64,000 bases of DNA from an uncultured Acidobacteriota bacterium. Lineage in GTDB: Bacteria > Acidobacteriota > Thermoanaerobaculia > Multivoradales > SZUA-115. The notes below the pieces were generated by a model that saw only the letters and a program-made list of their open reading frames with translations, was not told the origin of the DNA and did not search any database. The stretch lies in assembly GCA_963805975.1 (NCBI GenBank), contig CAWDVR010000005.1, forward strand, positions 256,001-320,000, given 5' to 3'. This document shows, piece after piece, positions 62,125-64,000 of the stretch. Numbering within the stretch: position 1 is the first letter of the stretch; each line of letters starts with the position of its first letter. Both the position numbers and the translations under genes were made by a program.

Positions 62125-62546
62125 GGCACCGATCTTATCGCAAGAAGAGAGGGTTCGAGGCGAAGCTCTTCGGCGAGGGCGTTGGCCACCAACCGCTCGA
62201 GCGAGGCGCTTCCGTTCGACAGCTCGGTGGCGGGCGGCCGTTCCGCGGCGGAGTCGGCGCCGTTGGTCTGCGGCAGCAGCCGCAGCAGGTCCCCCCCGGA
62301 GAAATCGGCATCCTGGTGGCCTTCGGGGAAGGCGAGCTCGAAGAAGCCGACCGCGTCCACCCCGATCGCCTCGAGGGCCCGCAGCAGGTGCTTGAGCTTG
62401 AGATCGAGCCGTCCGATCATCACTTGCGACAGGTAGCCCGGCTGCACCCCGATGCGCCGGTCCACTTCCTTCTGGCTCATGCCGGAGCTGCGGATCGCCC
62501 TCTTCAGAAGGGAGAGGATTCTTGCAACCACTTCCTCGTCGGCCAT
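62121..62546 (-). CDS. XRE-family HTH protein (paralog 1)
   Basis: AIRSSGMSQKEVDRRIGVQPGYLSQVM..DLK. Confidence 0.82.
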   Translation of the reverse strand: MADEEVVARILSLLKRAIRSSGMSQKEVDRRIGVQPGYLSQVMIGRLDLKLKHLLRALEAIGVDAVGFFELAFPEGHQDADFSGGDLLRLLPQTNGADSAAERPPATELSNGSASLERLVANALAEELRLEPSLLAIRSVP

Positions 62547-62631
62547 GATGGAAGCCTACACTCGGCCGCAAGAGGTTTCGGGGGGCCTGGGGGAAACACC
62601 CCAGTGCCCGCCACAGGCTGCATGGATCTCG

Positions 62632-63150
62632 TCAGTTGACGCCGCCCTCGTGGATCTCTGGAGGTGGCGCCGCCTGGTCGAGGCGGCGAGCCACGGTCCA
62701 CAGCACCGCGAGGATGGCGTTGCGCACCTGGGAGACGCGCTGGGTGAAGCGGTCGCGGGTCAGGGCGTCCTGGTAGATGCGCTGGCCGAGCACCACGCGC
62801 TCGAAGGGCTCCTGCACGCCGTGGAAGTCGACCCCCAGGGCGAGGAGGGTGAAGCGCAGGTCCCACAGCAGATCCTGCCGGGTGGGGTGGGGGAGGGCCA
62901 GGAAGCGCTCCCGGTGCTGGTCGGAGAGCGCCACGGCGCCCTCGAGCAGAACCTGCTCCGTCTTGCCCTTGCGCAGGCCGACCACCAGGTGGCGGCCCTG
63001 GCTGTCGCTCGCCTCGAGCAGCCAGACGGCGTCCTCGTGGTTCTTCTCGGCGAGCTGCCAGCCCTCGGCCAGGAGCCAGCTCGTGATGCGGGCACGGAGC
63101 GGCTCCCACTCGCGCTCCTCGACTTTGACTGCCGGGGTTTCCTCGCTCAT
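62632..63150 (-). CDS. Hypothetical protein, DUF2299-like
   Basis: I.SWL..EGW, LWDLRFTLL..GVDF, IYQDALTRDRF pattern. Confidence 0.6.
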   Translation of the reverse strand: MSEETPAVKVEEREWEPLRARITSWLLAEGWQLAEKNHEDAVWLLEASDSQGRHLVVGLRKGKTEQVLLEGAVALSDQHRERFLALPHPTRQDLLWDLRFTLLALGVDFHGVQEPFERVVLGQRIYQDALTRDRFTQRVSQVRNAILAVLWTVARRLDQAAPPPEIHEGGVN

Positions 63151-63176
63151 GGCCGGCGGGCAGCTTAGCATCGGAG

Positions 63177-63299
63177 CCCCTCACCCTAGCCCTCTCCCCG
63201 CAGGCGGGGAAAGGGGATCAGAGTGGCGAGCGCGGGCCTCCCAGGAGGGGCGGTGGCGCCCTCGCCCCGCGTGAGCGGGGAGAGGGTCGGGGTGAGGGG
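63177..63299. repeat. Intergenic inverted doublet of REP-like family A
   Basis: CCCCTCACCCTAGCCCTCTCCCCGCAGGCGGGGAAAGGGG (63177-63216) and its inverse (63259-63299). Confidence 0.9.
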
Positions 63300-63301
63300 C
63301 T

Positions 63302-64000
63302 CTAGGCGAAAATCCGCGGCGGGGCGGGCATGTCCTGCGTGTCGCTGGAGCTCCAGACCGTGCCTGCCGGGGTGCGATACCGGCCCCGGCCCATGTCGAG
63401 GAGGCAGAGGTTCCTGCCCCGGCGCTTGGCCTGGTAGAGGGCACCGTCGGCAAGCTCCGCGAGCTCCGCGGGCGAGGTGACGTAGAGCTCGGGGAAGGCG
63501 GCGACGCCGATCGAGAGGTTCAAGGGCAGGCGCTTGCCGTCGGCCGTCACCGCCAGCTTCTCGACCTCCTTGCGCAGCCGCTCGGCGACCACCAGGCCGG
63601 TCGCGCCGTCGGCGTCCACCAGCAGCAGCATGAACTCCTCCCCACCCCAGCGGCAGCACAGGTCCCGCTGCTTGATGCGGCCGGAGAGCACCCGCGCGAC
63701 GGCGACCAGCGCCTGGTCGCCGGCGGCGTGGCCGTGGGTGTCGTTGATGCGCTTGAAGTGGTCGAGGTCGCACATCAGGATGGTCATCGAGGCGCCGTCC
63801 TCGACACAGGCGCGGTAGGTCACCTCCATCTTCTGCTCGAGCACCCGCCGCATGGCGACCCCGGTCAACGGGTCGAGGTTGGCCTCGCGTTCGAGGAGCG
63901 CGCGGTGCACCGAGGCCGCGAGCTGGGGGAGGAGCGCCTCGACCAGCGCCACCTCGGAGGCATCGATCGCCCGCGGGTCGCACCACAGCCGCAGCGTTGC
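63302..64000 (-). CDS. Diguanylate cyclase (GGDEF domain), 5' end outside the window
   Basis: DPLTG, DLDHFKRINDTHGHAAGD, RWGGEEF, ADGALYQAKRRGRN. Confidence 0.93.
   Translation of the reverse strand, partial: ATLRLWCDPRAIDASEVALVEALLPQLAASVHRALLEREANLDPLTGVAMRRVLEQKMEVTYRACVEDGASMTILMCDLDHFKRINDTHGHAAGDQALVAVARVLSGRIKQRDLCCRWGGEEFMLLLVDADGATGLVVAERLRKEVEKLAVTADGKRLPLNLSIGVAAFPELYVTSPAELAELADGALYQAKRRGRNLCLLDMGRGRYRTPAGTVWSSSDTQDMPAPPRIFA

Noticed and set aside
58388-63299. CRISPR array from the recurring CCCTCTCCCCGC repeats
   Set aside because: Copies are dispersed, inverted and irregularly spaced, and there are no cas genes; they behave as REP-like elements.

Overview
Very GC-rich bacterial window. 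An Acidobacteriota origin (Thermoanaerobaculia-like) is inferred from a duplicated MacB-type 'ADOP' permease, an acidobacterial VWA protein and Oar-like TonB receptors. Positions 1-34.6 kb are one end of a lipopeptide NRPS cluster. The core is FAAL-ACP-C-A(Ala)-T-C-A(Leu)-T-C-A(Ser)-T-C-A..., running off the left edge. Accessory genes encode two exporters, a B12/radical-SAM enzyme and a VioC/VioD-type capreomycidine pair. A tightly packed minus-strand operon encodes a T-C*-A-T module, a kynurenine-monooxygenase-like flavoenzyme, a carrier protein, a TrpB2-like enzyme, a prolyl-PCP dehydrogenase, a Pro-type adenylase and an esterase. Best candidate for an undescribed system: the TrpB2 homolog naturally carries Gly in place of the catalytic indole-binding Glu (TGTGAGQWG instead of TETGAGQWG) and lies inside a pyrrole-2-carboxyl cassette. 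This suggests a pathway that makes a non-tryptophan aryl-alanine, such as a pyrrolyl-alanine, for the NRPS. Second pattern: each complete A domain of the main NRPS carries in-frame palindromic REP-like insertions, and two of these families also occur intergenically in the window. The right half holds an AAA/DUF4143 gene with tandem operators, an S10 peptidase, three tRNAs, a Tat-exported plant-type polyphenol oxidase, two TonB receptors, signalling genes and hypothetical proteins. All assignments come from reading motifs by eye; no database searches were run.
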